This document shows positions 1 through 13,730 of a stretch of DNA of 64,000 bases, in pieces. The notes below the pieces were generated by a model, which was not told the origin of the DNA, ran no database searches, and was given only the letters and a program-made list of their open reading frames with translations. The stretch covers positions 44,020,001 through 44,084,000 of the forward strand of contig NC_043008.1 of assembly GCF_006345805.1 (NCBI RefSeq), in the 5' to 3' direction. Numbering within the stretch: position 1 is the stretch's first letter; each line of letters begins with the position of its first letter. Position numbers and translations under genes: made by a program. This DNA is from Octopus sinensis (lineage: Eukaryota).

Positions 1-10
1 ATCTGTCATA

Positions 11-116
11 TTTGCCGAACCGCTAAGTTACGGGGACGTAAACACACCAGCATCAGTTCTCAAGCGATGTTGGGGGAAAAACACAGACACACATACATAC
101 ACACACACACACACGC

Positions 117-149
<33 letters not shown>

Positions 150-272
150 TACGACGGGCCTCTTTCAGTTTCCGTCTACCAAATCCACTCACAAGGCTTT
201 GGTAGGCCCGAGGCTATAGTAGAAGACAGTTGCCCAAGGTGCCACGCAGTGGGATTGAACCCGAAACCCGGA
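11..272 (-). mobile_element. tRNA-derived SINE, family A (bipartite: tRNA/CORE-like head + internal microsatellite + tail), partial
   Basis: Reverse complement matches copies at 3720-4112, 13731-14137 and 52015-52537 (gcaccttgggcaa...ctatagcctcgggcc...gtggatttggtagacggaaactgaaag); internal (CA)/(TA) run. Confidence 0.85.
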
Positions 273-2219
273 ACATATATATTTATATAGAACACGATGT
301 ATCACGTAGAATTTGAATTAAAAATTACATCATTAGGTGGTGAAAGTGGGACGTGCCAATACTAGTAATAAACCCCTAAAAAAACAGGTGATTCAAAAGT
401 CCCTATGCAATAGTTCTGTTCTAAGATGACCGCCATAATTAAGAATCACCAGTCTTGGAAAGTTCAGACCCCAATTTCAAGTAAGTTGAGAAGAATTTTC
501 GTAACCACGACGTAAAAAGCGAAAAGAAAAAAAATTAAAGCAAAATTATAAATTCGATCTATGAGAATAGCTTTATAGCGTAAATTGGCGGCAATTGAGG
601 AATTATACCAGAAATCAATGCTGCACCAATATAAGACAACATCAATATATATGTTTTGTATTAATCTGAACAAAAAAGAAAAGCACACACATACCAGAGA
701 AAAGACAAAGGCTGGTGGAAGAATTAAGAAATATCTATTTTCTTTCGTGTTGTGAACTGCATCAAGAAGAACGCTTATATTATTTGGTGAATCTTAATGG
801 GAAGGAATCTAAGCTGCTCTACTAAAACACTGCGCATATTATTTTATCTTTCCTCTTGAATAACCTCCTTCTTCACTGAATTTTACTCACGTCATGTCAT
901 TTCCGAATGTATAAGAAGATTCAGCAACGACTTCTTTTCATAAGGCTTACATATTGAAGAATGCAGTGTGTATATGTATAGGTGTCTGTCTGTGTGTTAA
1001 TTCCTGAGTATTTGTGCGTCTGTATTTGTTTCTGTGTACGTATGTACAAAACATATGTTTCATATTTAAATATAATTTACTGTGGAAACATGCCATTTGT
1101 TTCAAAATAAATACCAAACAATATGGATGCTAATAGTGATTTCTGTGTACCACATTTTTCATATTATAACCTCATTCGGCCACATCTATTAGAATGAGCA
1201 ATTATTTATGTTTTTTGTGTCTCGATCTTAAGCCACATCTGCATTTTTTATATTAGGGACAAAATAATCCACTCTTTCCTTCGTTTCTGCGAGACGGGAG
1301 CGTGCGATTTGCGGAAGAATTTACTTCTATTTCTTACAACCACCTCAAGTTTTCTTGGTTTCTTGGTATAAAGAGTGCAGACAGTGAATAAGCATATAAC
1401 CTTATTCCGTCGGTGTACTTTGGCCTTCGAAAGGTGGACGTAAACGACATTGTTCTTGAAAAGGAGGCCTTTTTCGAAAGATAAGAAGGATAACTTTCTT
1501 TCTAGCTGAACGCATTATTTGAAAACTTGTAACCGAGGCTGGTTTCTGATACTTTGTATTACCTTTTAGTCAGGAGGGGAATTTCTATCATTTTTATGAT
1601 CTGTCACTGAGTTTCGTAGGTTGAGAGCAGGGATGTGCTTAAATTTGAAACCTGGTATGTCTGATTCCAATGTAGTTTACTTTGCTAAAGTTCCCAGAGA
1701 AACCAGCTGATGATATTAAGATTTGAAACACGAACGCAAAAATCTCTAAATAGATATCGCTAGGTATTTGGTTTTATGTTCTCGAGTTCCATACCGGTAT
1801 GGACTGGTACATTTTGGGGGACCCCAAATAGATGAAAGAGAAATCTTACCTCTAAGGGTTATGAATTTATAACGCAGAGAATAAATGCATTGGAGCGTTC
1901 TGTCCGGCGTTCTACTGATTCTGTCAATTCTCTGCCAGATGGCTTTTACTTGGTGTCGGTTTCAAATTTTGGAAGAAATTTCGGATGAGGGGGTAAGTCG
2001 GTTACATCAATCCCCAGTACTCAATTGGAATTTATGTTATCAAACCCGAAAGGATGAAAAGCAAAGGGTCGGCCTCGTCAATATCTTAATGCAGCACTTA
2101 CGTAGTATTGCAGTGGCATGACCTTTGTAGATGTGTATATATATATGTGTGTGGTGTGTGCGCGTGTGTGTGTGTATATATTTATATATGTATATATATA
2201 TGTGTGTATATATATATAT

Positions 2220-2250
<31 letters not shown>

Positions 2251-2290
2251 GTGTGGTGTATATATATATGTATATATATATGTATGTATG

Positions 2291-2333
<43 letters not shown>

Positions 2334-2354
2334 CTGTATATATATATATATATC

Positions 2355-2540
2355 AAAATGTGACCACGTGTGTAGCGTTGGCGATTTTTTCCCTCCGTCT
2401 TCCCTTCTCTGGATCTTTCCTTTACCTATGTTTCTGACGAAGAGCTCCGCTCGAAACGTGAAACCCTCCTCTTCCCTTCCTTCTTGAGTGTCCAATAATA
2501 CTATATTTGTTCCATGTCCTCGCGTTGTTGTGTTTGGTCT
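2355..2540 (+). mobile_element. Short non-coding Penelope-like/HHR-bearing element between TA/TG microsatellites
   Basis: Non-repetitive ~185-bp island between microsatellites containing an HHR core; related decayed copies at 7100-7240 and 42120-42290. Confidence 0.55.
2430..2464 (+). ncRNA. Minimal type I hammerhead ribozyme motif (probably inactive: N17=G)
   Basis: GTTT / CTGACGA (2434-2440) / extra A / stem II GAGC-TCC-GCTC / GAAA / palindromic ACGT stem III / G / AAAC closing stem I. Confidence 0.7.
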
Positions 2541-2564
2541 TTTCATGTTTGGATTAACTATATA

Positions 2565-2697
<133 letters not shown>

Positions 2698-3109
2698 CAT
2701 AGCTGTTTCACCATGTTACGTTAATGGTGAAACAGGGTAGTTCATCCCAATTCTTTGAAAACTAAATATATCTCCTTCTGTGTTTATATATATAGATACT
2801 TCCAAACAAACATGATTTCTAATGAAATCCTAATAATTTTTATGAACTTTCTAATAATTTATCAAGATTGTTTTTCTGTTAACTGTTTTTAACATTCTCT
2901 TATTATTATCAAAGAATGTATATATGTATTGTAATGTTTTGTGGCAACCAGTACCTAACGCAACGAAGCTTTTACATTTTACTTTTGACAATCGTTTTCT
3001 AAAAAAGTGAAACCGGTCAAGTGAATAAGCATCTTTTAAAGTTGCATTTTCAAACCTTCTTTCATATATAATTCCACTCGTGCGGTACACTTACACCTTT
3101 ACTTTCTTA

Positions 3110-3178
<69 letters not shown>

Positions 3179-3225
3179 TATATATATATATTATATATAC
3201 ATATATATATCTAATGTTTGTATAT

Positions 3226-3259
<34 letters not shown>

Positions 3260-3281
3260 GATATATATATATATATATATT

Positions 3282-3466
3282 ATATTATAGAAGGAGCTTC
3301 TACAGGACTAGAACTGTTTCATTCAAATGGCAATCACACCAAGCTTCCTGATGATGTCATTTGAATGAAACAGTTCTAGTCCTGTAGAAGCTCTTCTATA
3401 ATATAATTTACTCTGCTATGTATAGTACCTCATTTACTGTGGTTAACCCCGACTCAACCCGGGACC

Positions 3467-3468
<2 letters not shown>
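3282..3468 (+). mobile_element. Fold-back HHR-bearing element flanked by (TA)n
   Basis: ~47-bp near-perfect inverted arms 3282-3329 and 3358-3404 (tattatagaag(g)agcttctacaggactagaactgtttcattcaaatg), then a unique tail to ~3468. Confidence 0.65.
3342..3392 (+). ncRNA. Type I hammerhead ribozyme motif, GUA cleavage triplet
   Basis: Stem I AGCTTC(3342-3347)/GAAGCT(3387-3392); CTGATGA 3348-3354; GAAA 3367-3370; stem III ACAG/CTGT with 8-nt loop; GTA; stem II weak. Confidence 0.75.
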
Positions 3469-3513
<45 letters not shown>

Positions 3514-3719
3514 TATATATACATATATATATATACTATATATATGTATATCATATATATTTATATATATATACATATGTATATATATGTATATATATAT
3601 ATTTATATATATATATATCTATATTATAATATATATATATTTATATATATATAATATATGTATATATATAGTATATATATATATTTATATATACATACAT
3701 TTTCTCTTTTTTTTTTTTC

Positions 3720-4112
3720 TTTTACTTGTTTCAGTCATTTTGACTGCGGCCATGCTGGTGCACCGCCTTTAATCAAGCAACCCGGGACTTATTCTTTGTA
3801 AGCCCAGTAGTTATTCTATCGGCCTCTTTTGCCGAACCACTAAGTAACGGGGACATAAACACACCAGCATCGGCTGTCAAGCAATGCTAGGGGGACAAAC
3901 ACAGACACACAAACATACACGCACGTACATGTATATATATATATATATACGACGGGCTTCTTTCAGTTTCCGTCTACCAAATCCACTCACAAAGCTATGG
4001 TCGGCCCGAGGCTATAGTAGAAGACACTTGCCGAAGGTGCCACTCAGTGGGATGAACCCGGAACCATGTGGTTGGTAAACAAGCTAGTTACCACACAGCC
4101 ACTCCTGCGTCT
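3720..4112 (-). mobile_element. SINE family A, full length
   Basis: A-box-like TGGCTGTGTGG, B-box-like GGTTC.TCCC, CORE-like accttcggcaagtgtctt, internal microsatellite, tail ending gactgaaacaagtaaa. Confidence 0.9.
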
Positions 4113-4146
4113 ATATATATATTTATATATATATATATTATATACA

Positions 4147-4194
<48 letters not shown>

Positions 4195-4377
4195 TATGTA
4201 TGCACTATGTATTATTGACAAAAATTTCGCACGCTAGGCCACTGGTAATGGATTTATTTTTAATTACCCTTTTTTATTAATTTCATATATATGTATACAT
4301 TTATATATGTATTTATATATGTAATATATATATGTATATATATATAATATATATATATATATTATATATATATTATA

Positions 4378-4421
<44 letters not shown>

Positions 4422-4438
4422 TAATACACCATATATTA

Positions 4439-4476
<38 letters not shown>

Positions 4477-4774
4477 TATGTATACATACCTATGCATATG
4501 TATATATATATATGTGTATATATCAGTAGTGGTGTGCAAATGTACTTATAATAAGAGAAAACACGTACTATACTCGAATATTTATTTCAAAAAATTAAAG
4601 TTTCCTGAAAAGTATTTAGTTATGTTAAATGTAGCATTATGATTAATGACACTGAAAATATCGAAAATGAGGCTAATGTTTAATTTTTTTTAATAATAAT
4701 AAATGAGTATTGTACGTCCAGATTTTCATAAGTGCATACTTGCGGTTGCACCCCTGTGTTCACACACACACACA

Positions 4775-4820
<46 letters not shown>

Positions 4821-5400
4821 ATTAAGATTAAGACATCGCAAAAGAAATTCTTTGATATTCAGAGGTAAAATTAATTGTTTTTACTATTGTAGTTAAGACA
4901 AAGAATAAGCCTCTCTTTCTCTATTTCTCTATGTATATATATACATGTTCTTGTCCCAGTTTGTATATTTTTTTACTTTTACATATATACATAGATGTAT
5001 ACATACATATATACATACATACATACATACACACATATATATATATATATATATATATTTGTATGTATATATACACCCAATTATACACACTCACATACAT
5101 GCACATACACATACACACACACACCGGTGTATACATGTACATATACTCAGCTCATTAGTTTAAACAAATGAAGTGTCATACATCATAACTAGAGTAGGCT
5201 TTCGTTGTTTTGCCGTCTGTATTTATCGATTTTGTTTTTTGTGTGCGTATGTATTATGATTTACCTTTCTTACAATATAATTAATCGGTGTAACTGAGTT
5301 CTTTAACGATGGAGCTTCTACATAATCTCTTGCTGTATCAGAAATAACAGCCAAATGTTCCTCACATCGGATGTTTTCCGTTTAATAAAAGACATTGTGA

Positions 5401-6003
5401 AGGCGGTGAGCTGGCAGAAACGTTAGCACGCCGGACGAAATGCTTAGCGGTATTTCTTCTGCCGTTACGTTGTGAGTTCAAATTCCGCCGAGGTCGACTT
5501 TGCCTTTCATCCTTTCGGGGTCGATTAAATAAGTACCAGTAACGAACTAGGGTCGATGTAATCGACTTAATCCGTTTGCCTGTCCTTGTTTGTCCTCTCT
5601 GTGTTTAATCCCTTGTGGGTAGTAAAGAAATAGGTATTTCGTCTGCCGCTACGTTCTGAGTTCAAATTCCACCGAGGTCGACTTTACCTTTCATCCTTTC
5701 GGGATCGATTAAATAAGTACCAGTTACGCACTGGGGTCGATATGATCGACTTAATCCGTTTGTCTGTCTTTGTTTGTCCCCTCTGTGTGTATCCCCTTAT
5801 TAGCAGTAAAGAAATAGGTATTTCTTCTGTCTTTATGGTTCTGAGTTCAAATACTGCCGAGTTCGACTTTGTATTCCATCCTTTCGGGGTCAATAAATTA
5901 AACACCAGTTGCTTACTGGGGTTCATGTAATCGACTTAATCTCTTTGTCTTGCCTTGTTTGTCTTCTCTATGATTACCCCGCTGAGGCCAATAAAGAAAA
6001 TAG
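5401..6003 (+). mobile_element. SINE family B, head-to-tail trimer with 184-bp period
   Basis: One tRNA-like head (gagctggcagaaacgttagcacg...gagttcaaattcc); units restart at GGTATTT at 5449, 5633 and 5817; a deleted fourth copy follows at ~6008-6150. Confidence 0.9.
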
Positions 6004-6159
6004 TCTAAAGCGGTAAGCTGGCAGAAACTTTAGCGCGCCGGCATAAATTAAGTGTCGATAAATTAAGTAATAGTTGCGTACTGAGGTCGATGTAATCGAC
6101 TGCCCCACCCTCTACCAAAAATTCATGTCTTATACCTAGAGTATAAAAGAATAAAACAC

Positions 6160-6471
6160 ATTATGGTTAATGGAGTTGGTACGGACAGGTCCCCCAACCC
6201 ATGCCAGATCATGCTTTCAGGGTTATTCGATGCAAAATCTGAATTTGGGAATGTGTTCCGTGGTGGGCCACGCATCAGATGGCTGGCAGTGATTAAGGAA
6301 GACCTGCAGAGGCTCGATGTCATCCTGTAGGAAGCAGAGGGGCTGGTAGGGGACAACAACACTTGCGAACACTGGTGGACCTGGTCGCTTCTACGCACAG
6401 TGACGTCACTGGGGCCATTAACTTGTGGTGGCCTTTGCCTTCTCATGCAAGAACATGAAGCAAGCAAGCAA
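6160..6471 (+). pseudogene. 3' end remnant of an RTE-clade non-LTR retrotransposon
   Basis: Frame RGGPRIRWLAVIKEDLQRLDVIL* (6259-6330) resembles the RTE ORF C-terminal GRPRxRWxDxIKEDL motif; ends in short tandem tail gaagcaagcaagcaa. Confidence 0.6.
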
Positions 6472-7032
6472 ATTTTGGATGAAGGGACGGGGTTGCTTGA
6501 TTAAATATACCTCAGTACTTGTATCGTACTTTGTTTTATCAACCGCGAAATGATAAAAAGGAAGCTGCCTTTGGCAGTATTCGAACACGAAATGTAAAGA
6601 CCCGGAACTACAATAGTATTAATGAATTTTGGTGACACGCCGTTGTTGTTGTTGCTGTTGTTGTTGTTGGTGGTTGGTGGTGTTTTTGTTGTTGTTGTTG
6701 TTACTTTTGTTGGAACAACAAAACGTTTCATAGAAACACGAAATTAGCATCTGCTTGTGAAGATTCTTGCATTTTAATTTCAGTCTTATGTAGCAAACAG
6801 AGCGATAAAAAAACAATACCAGCAACAGCACCATCAACATCAACAAGAAATAGCGTTAAACCTTAGGCTAAAAGATATGGAAGAAAATATATGTTTACGT
6901 GTTACATTTGACAGAAAAAAACGATAGTGTTTGCTTTAAATTGTGAACTTGACTCTGTATGCTTGTGTGTGAGTGTATACATGTACATGCGCATATATGT
7001 ATATACGTTTATATACATATACCTACATACGG

Positions 7033-7099
<67 letters not shown>

Positions 7100-7106
<7 letters not shown>

Positions 7107-7240
7107 TTTTTCCTCCTTGTTTATTTCTGCGTAGGCTCGAAACATAAACACTTTTTCAATTCCTGAGCGTTATAATGATACATCTGTTTGTTTTTATACA
7201 CCACCTGTCTTCGTCTTTTGTTTTTTTTTTTCATGAACTC
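7100..7240 (+). mobile_element. Decayed HHR-bearing repeat (core partly deleted) between (TA)n runs
   Basis: tttctg-cgtaggctcgaaacataaac...ttcctgagcgtta...acaccacctgtcttcgtcttttg; homologous to 42120-42290(-). Confidence 0.5.
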
Positions 7241-7989
7241 TCTCCCTATATATATATATTAGATCTATATATATATATATAGTCGCCTAAGAGACCATAA
7301 GTCAGCGAGAAGATGCAAGCATATTCTGTTAGTAGAGTGGTATATTATTCGAATTTTATTGCATTAAGTATCCATCACGGCTGGTCTTACCAATCGGTTT
7401 CATGAAAACATACACTGGAGTGTTAGGTAACAATCCAATTATATAATTACGCTCAGCAGAGTTAGACGATATGGGAGGAAATATGGCGGAATATCAAGAA
7501 GATCCAACGTCTACACGCTAGATAGGCTCAGAATGGGCCTCACGAGCATTTTATTCTACTAATCTTTCAACAATGACAATATAAAGTTTGGTTTCTGGTG
7601 CATGAGACGCATGTCGACCATTGTAAGGAACATTGGCTGTGGTCTCCTACACAAACAATAATAACGACAGTAAAAGGGCATAAATATGCCTCGACGCCGA
7701 ACCCCTAAAAGTTCGTTACGTCTCGGAACGGCATCCAGCTTTTTTCTGGTCTACGGTCCATATTGACTGTAACATTATTGGTCAAAGTAGACCAATCTGA
7801 GAGTTACTTGAAACCAGGCTTTCAATCAGCTGAGAATCCATGAACCACTGCTGTTCGACTGGAATATTTAGTATTTTAGGAAAGCATATTTTTTGTAGCA
7901 GAATGGCCGGAAAAATTCATTTAATTACTATTTCTATCTTGAGAATTCTGGTTCTGCCTTTTCTCTATATTTTGTTTTGCCACTGTTAC

Positions 7990-8255
7990 TATAATCATCA
8001 CGACAATCCTCATCATCATCCTCGTCGTCATCATCATCATCATCATCATCATCTTTCCTTCTTCTTCAACCCTTCCTGCCCTACTCCTCCTCCTACTTTT
8101 CTTCTTGTTCCCCTTTTCCATTTCCATATTCTTTTCCTTCTTTATCTTCTTAACCTACTTCAACAGAATCGACATCATCATTTTCATCACCATCATCATT
8201 TTCATCATCATCATCATCATCGCCGTCATCACCGTCATCATAATCCTCGTCATCG

Positions 8256-8295
<40 letters not shown>

Positions 8296-8359
8296 TGTTT
8301 GCCATTGTCGTCATCAGTAACACCATCATCATCTCTGCATTTTCACAACCACTACCACC

Positions 8360-8391
<32 letters not shown>

Positions 8392-8436
8392 CAGCACTAT
8401 TATCATCATCACCACCACCACCACCACCTGCACCGC

Positions 8437-8469
<33 letters not shown>

Positions 8470-8480
8470 GTCATCCTTTG
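7990..8480. repeat. Compound (CAT)n/(CTT)n/(CAC)n/(CAA)n trinucleotide microsatellite
   Basis: Direct reading; source of the His/Ile/Asp-rich ORFs. Confidence 0.95.
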
Positions 8481-8799
8481 CCACACAGGCCATATTGCTT
8501 GATCAATATTGAGACAGCAGATTATCTATTTATTTATTTATTTATTCATTTGCATGATAATCCTTGACATATTCACGACTGCGCCTATTGACTGGTAAAA
8601 CGTGGAGTATCATTCTAAACACGTTGCCTGAACCATAGATGCCAATGTGAAGGAATTACAATCCTCTATCGAGCTTAGAGTTAATGGAGTCGTCAATATG
8701 GCATTAGCCGTTCCAACTATAGATTTGGCCATTCAAATGCGCAAGCCATTTACATACTGAAACACTGAAACATAATATGTATGCATCACATACACATAT

Positions 8800-8810
8800 A
8801 TGAAATTATA

Positions 8811-8844
<34 letters not shown>

Positions 8845-8988
8845 AGATATATATATAATATAAATATAAATATAAATTTAATATATATATACTATATATA
8901 TATATATATATTATATATATATACACATATGTACATATATATTCCATATATACAATATACATATATATATGAATATATATATATGAAT

Positions 8989-9032
<44 letters not shown>

Positions 9033-9083
9033 TATGTATGTATATATATATATACATATATGTATATATGTATATATATATAT

Positions 9084-9137
<54 letters not shown>

Positions 9138-9138
9138 C

Positions 9139-9169
<31 letters not shown>

Positions 9170-9220
9170 TATATATATATAATATATATATAATATATAT
9201 ATACTATATATATATATATA
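8800..9220. repeat. Long interrupted (TA)n microsatellite (one of many; others e.g. 2560-2695, 4290-4520, 15570-15900, 18865-19275, 26655-26915)
   Basis: Direct reading. Confidence 0.95.
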
Positions 9221-10338
9221 TGTTTATGTATCAGAAAGAAAGGAGGGATTGAGATATAGACAGCAATTTATTAGAACATATTTAATTCCAAACGAAAAGA
9301 AACGCTTGCCACCTGCAATTGTTTCCATGCCTAATTATTTCAATTTGAGAAATTAAAGTAAATTTAATTAAATTGAATTAAATAAAACTTATGATAGCAA
9401 AACTTCAGTCATGAATCTATATATTAATGTACCCAGACTCTATGCGTTACGTTCCCATGTAATCGTTAGTTGAAGGGTGGGGCGAAAAGCGAGAGAAAAA
9501 GGAGAAAGTTTACGACATGAGTCAGGTTAAGTAATAGATACTACGAAGTTAAAAAGTTAATGGAAGAGAGAGAGAGAGAGAGAGAAGAGAGAGATGGTGT
9601 AACAGAGATAGTAATGCAATGTGTAGCAGAGGTGGAGTGGTGATGCGGTTAAAGAAGTGAGGATAGAGAAAGATGAGACAATTCCATGGAAGTCAGAAAA
9701 AGTGTTGTGACGAAATGTAATCCAAAGTCACGTGGTTAGTGGACATAATAGGTGAAGAGGAAGAAAACGAGAGTTGATAAAGATGCGAAGAGTGGAATAA
9801 CATGGTTCAAAATTTGCTGATGTACGAGGTGGGAGGAAAAAGGAGAGAACTATAAAATGATTAGCAGAGGGAAAATTTAAACATCATATAATATTGTGAC
9901 TAACAAAAAAGTAACATTTTAATATTCAGTGTTTTATATGTGTCAATCTATTTATCAGGCTGTTCATATTGGCGATTATATCAATGGGTGGACGGTGGAA
10001 AGAAGGCTTATATGAAATAAAATGGTAACATTGCCATAGATACGAAGATTTTGCAATGAATGTGGATTAATTTGGCAACCTCTCATAGACTCGCTCTTGT
10101 CGCACTTATCCTTCAAACCACAGAGACATCAATGGAGTGACTGTAGTAAAGAATACATAGCTACAACGACCGCCGATAGATACGGATTTGCAGCCAGGTA
10201 TACTAGGGCATCAAGACCCGTAGGACATTGCTGAATGACACAACGCATCATAACTGCGCTCAGAATTGAACCCGGAGCAGTTCGCTCGAGAGTCCAAAGC
10301 ATTCACTATTAAGCCATGCAACTTTTAGTTTCACACCA

Positions 10339-10370
<32 letters not shown>

Positions 10371-10380
10371 ATATATATAC

Positions 10381-10412
<32 letters not shown>

Positions 10413-10852
10413 GGAGAGAGGAGAGAATGAGAGAGAGAGAGAGAGAGAGAGAAAGAAAGAAAACGCTTATACATATATAAATGTATATATATACCTACTC
10501 ATGTTTCAGTTATAGAAAAATAATATCATATATTTTTCCATTGCATTTCTCCTCACTTGTATCAAGTTTAATTCCTCTTCTCAAGTACTCTAAATTTAAG
10601 TTGTACGTTAAATGCAGAGAAATACTGTTAATATAAGCATAGGCTCGAAACAAGTGTTCGCTTTTGCTCTTCAAATTGTTTTTTTTTTTGTTATTTATCA
10701 TCCTCATTCCATTTTTGCAGCTTTCACTTTAAAGTAGGCATTATTTTATTTGCATCCGAAAATGTAATATATGACATTAAAATAGTAGACATTCGTGTAT
10801 TTATTTATGCTGTATACATTCATACATACATGTTTGTATATACATAAATTCA

Positions 10853-10907
<55 letters not shown>

Positions 10908-12514
10908 CATAATTATTTATATACATACACACACGTATCATACATATATACACAAGTGTGGTAATACAAAAGGCAAAATAGAATTCAAAACAAGAGTGTA
11001 TATAGAGTACATATATATATATATACATATATATATATGTATGCATGTATGTATGTATGTATAAAGCCTAGCCTTTATTAAACCATTTAGAAAAATTGCG
11101 GTATTTTAGTTGCCAATCCAATAAATATTCTCTTTATACATTATTATAATGTTTTACTTGTTTCGGTCAGTCGACTACGGACAAGCGGGAGCACTGCCTT
11201 AAAGTGTATTAGTCGAATAAATCGACCCCAGCACTTATTCTGTGTTAGCTTAGTACTTATTTTATCGGTTTTTGCCCCGAACCGCTAATTTACTGATTTC
11301 CGCAATATTACTTAGTAACAGATATTGTTATATTTCGGTATTGTCATTTTTCTTCCTTATTTTCTTTATTCTTGCAAAATAAACACACGCACTGCATATT
11401 CGTTCTTCAGTTCAAATTTATCATTGTCCTTATTTAATGTCCTTCGTCTGGAAATCTTTCGTCACATTTCCTGTAATCACTTCAGCATCTCTCCATCCCA
11501 CGTAGAATAGACACATGGCATGGGTAGTACTTTATAACAAATTTCGCCAAGACGCAGCCGGTGTGCTGACGTTAAGTAGAAAGCGTTTTGCTCAGAAAGG
11601 TGTCAAACATAACACCGATTTTAGCAAATCAACACATTGAGCGGTGAGGTAGCAATTATTCTCAGTTGTACCCGGGGGCGGGGAGCATCCACATGATAGG
11701 TAACAAACAGGAAAAAAACAGGCAATTTTGTACAAGTCTAGAAACTGTACCATTGGGTGTCTGAGCGACGCCGTTCATTATTGCTAAACCGCATCAGGCC
11801 CGCATCCTTTTATAGTAACTCTCAAACTCTAGCGAAGAGAAAATATGCAAAAAAAAGCCCACCGTTTTATTTAATTATGGTATACTGCTTTAGTTATAAT
11901 TCAGTCAGTCACAGATTTAGCATAGAAATAAATCTAACAAAATTGTCATACACAATAAAAAGAGATATGGAGAAAAGAGATAAACGTGCATTTTCTGTCA
12001 GATATAAATATTTACTTTGCAAATATTCCGAGCGCTATCGAGAGAAACAGTGTGTTTATTATTTTCTTCGAATGTCAATACGACAGAATATTTTTTATAG
12101 ACTCTATGGCTGTGCTGTGTCGTTAGTATAAGAAATAAGGAAACAAAAATTGTGTGCCTGACTGTACATACAATGATATGAAAAATAATGCTTTAGACAA
12201 GGGAAACATACGTGGAGAGAGAAGTACTTACGCTAATTCTCTCGTTCTTTCTCTATCTCACTCTGTCTCTCTTTCTCTTACACATGCACAGACATACTCT
12301 CCTTCTGTCCCCTTCTCTCTCTCTCTCCCTTTCCACCGCGCGCCCACTCACATTCACATACGTATGCAGGTACATAAAAATATATACACATGTAATTGTA
12401 TATTATTGTATTTCATTTGTGAATTTCAGTATGATTACACACAAACACACACATACACACACAAACACACACATATATATCTGTGTACACACACATATAT
12501 ATTTACATATATGT

Positions 12515-12548
<34 letters not shown>

Positions 12549-12780
12549 GTGTACATGTATGACAAACACACACATGTATATACATATTCATGTATACGTA
12601 TGTGTATTTTAATTGATAGTATATGTCAATATATTTATATCAGAAATATTTCGACAAAATATATGTGGAATATGTGTTTGCACATAAGAGCATATAAAAT
12701 AAACACATCTATAATTTTTTTTTGTGTGTGTGTGTGTGTGTATTATGTATAAATATATTTTTGTGTGTATATGCCTTAAG

Positions 12781-12819
<39 letters not shown>

Positions 12820-13730
12820 GCATTATTTATAATATCGGATAAATACTTCCAACTCACCACATTATGTTTGGTTGTATATTTAAATATTTACAATCTATAT
12901 ATCACAGACAATATGATATATATATTTATATTTCGTAATGCATTCATCGTTATGTACACATGGCGATTTACTTATAAAAGCACAGTTTTTACATTGATTT
13001 GCAGGTTTTTCTCCTCCTTCATATTTATATGTCTATGTGACATAGGTATGTGTGCATTCGACCGTTCACATTGGTTCTGATATATAAATATGTGTGTGTG
13101 TGTATGTGTGTATGTATGTACGTATGTATGTATGTATGTACGTATGTATGTATGTATGGAGAATGAGTGAGTGTTTTGTGGGAAGGGACATAGATATATA
13201 CATTCATCCTTATCTATGCATGTGTATGTATATTTGCGTATACATGGTTTTGCATTAGACATGACTTCTAGATTTACGAACACATTACTGTATGTGTATG
13301 GATGTGTGCAGATGGACAACGAAAATTATACAAATAATGTATATGGGTTAGAGTGTGTGCTTGTGTAGAGAGACACACACAGACACAAAAGCACCCAGGC
13401 ACATACCTATATTGTGAATGCAATTTTCGTTCAAATTGAAAGCATGTTCGGAGGAATGCAATCAGCGAACAATTTTATTTGTACAACTGAAAAACAAAAA
13501 TAAACCAAAAACTGCAAAAGCTCTAGAGGAATTTTCTAGGGTGAACTTCTTCACAATGTTTTCTCTTCTCCCGGTCGTAGCTCCCTTCAGTTACAAGTTT
13601 TGTCCAAAAACCGATTACATTGTGAAATTAAGTCTGAAAAGTAAAAATTGACTAAATGCAAACAGATACGATGTTTATAGACGTTATCTACAGTTGTGAG
13701 TGGATATTCCAAAGAATATACTTCTATAAG

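Noticed and set aside
1707-1729. CTGATGA...GAAAC hammerhead-like spacing
   Set aside because: No stem II pairing, no stem III/UH triplet and no stem I partner downstream; likely chance.
7840-8502. 220-aa His-rich ORF
   Set aside because: Translation of (CAT)/(CAC)/(CAA) microsatellites; open in several frames on both strands.
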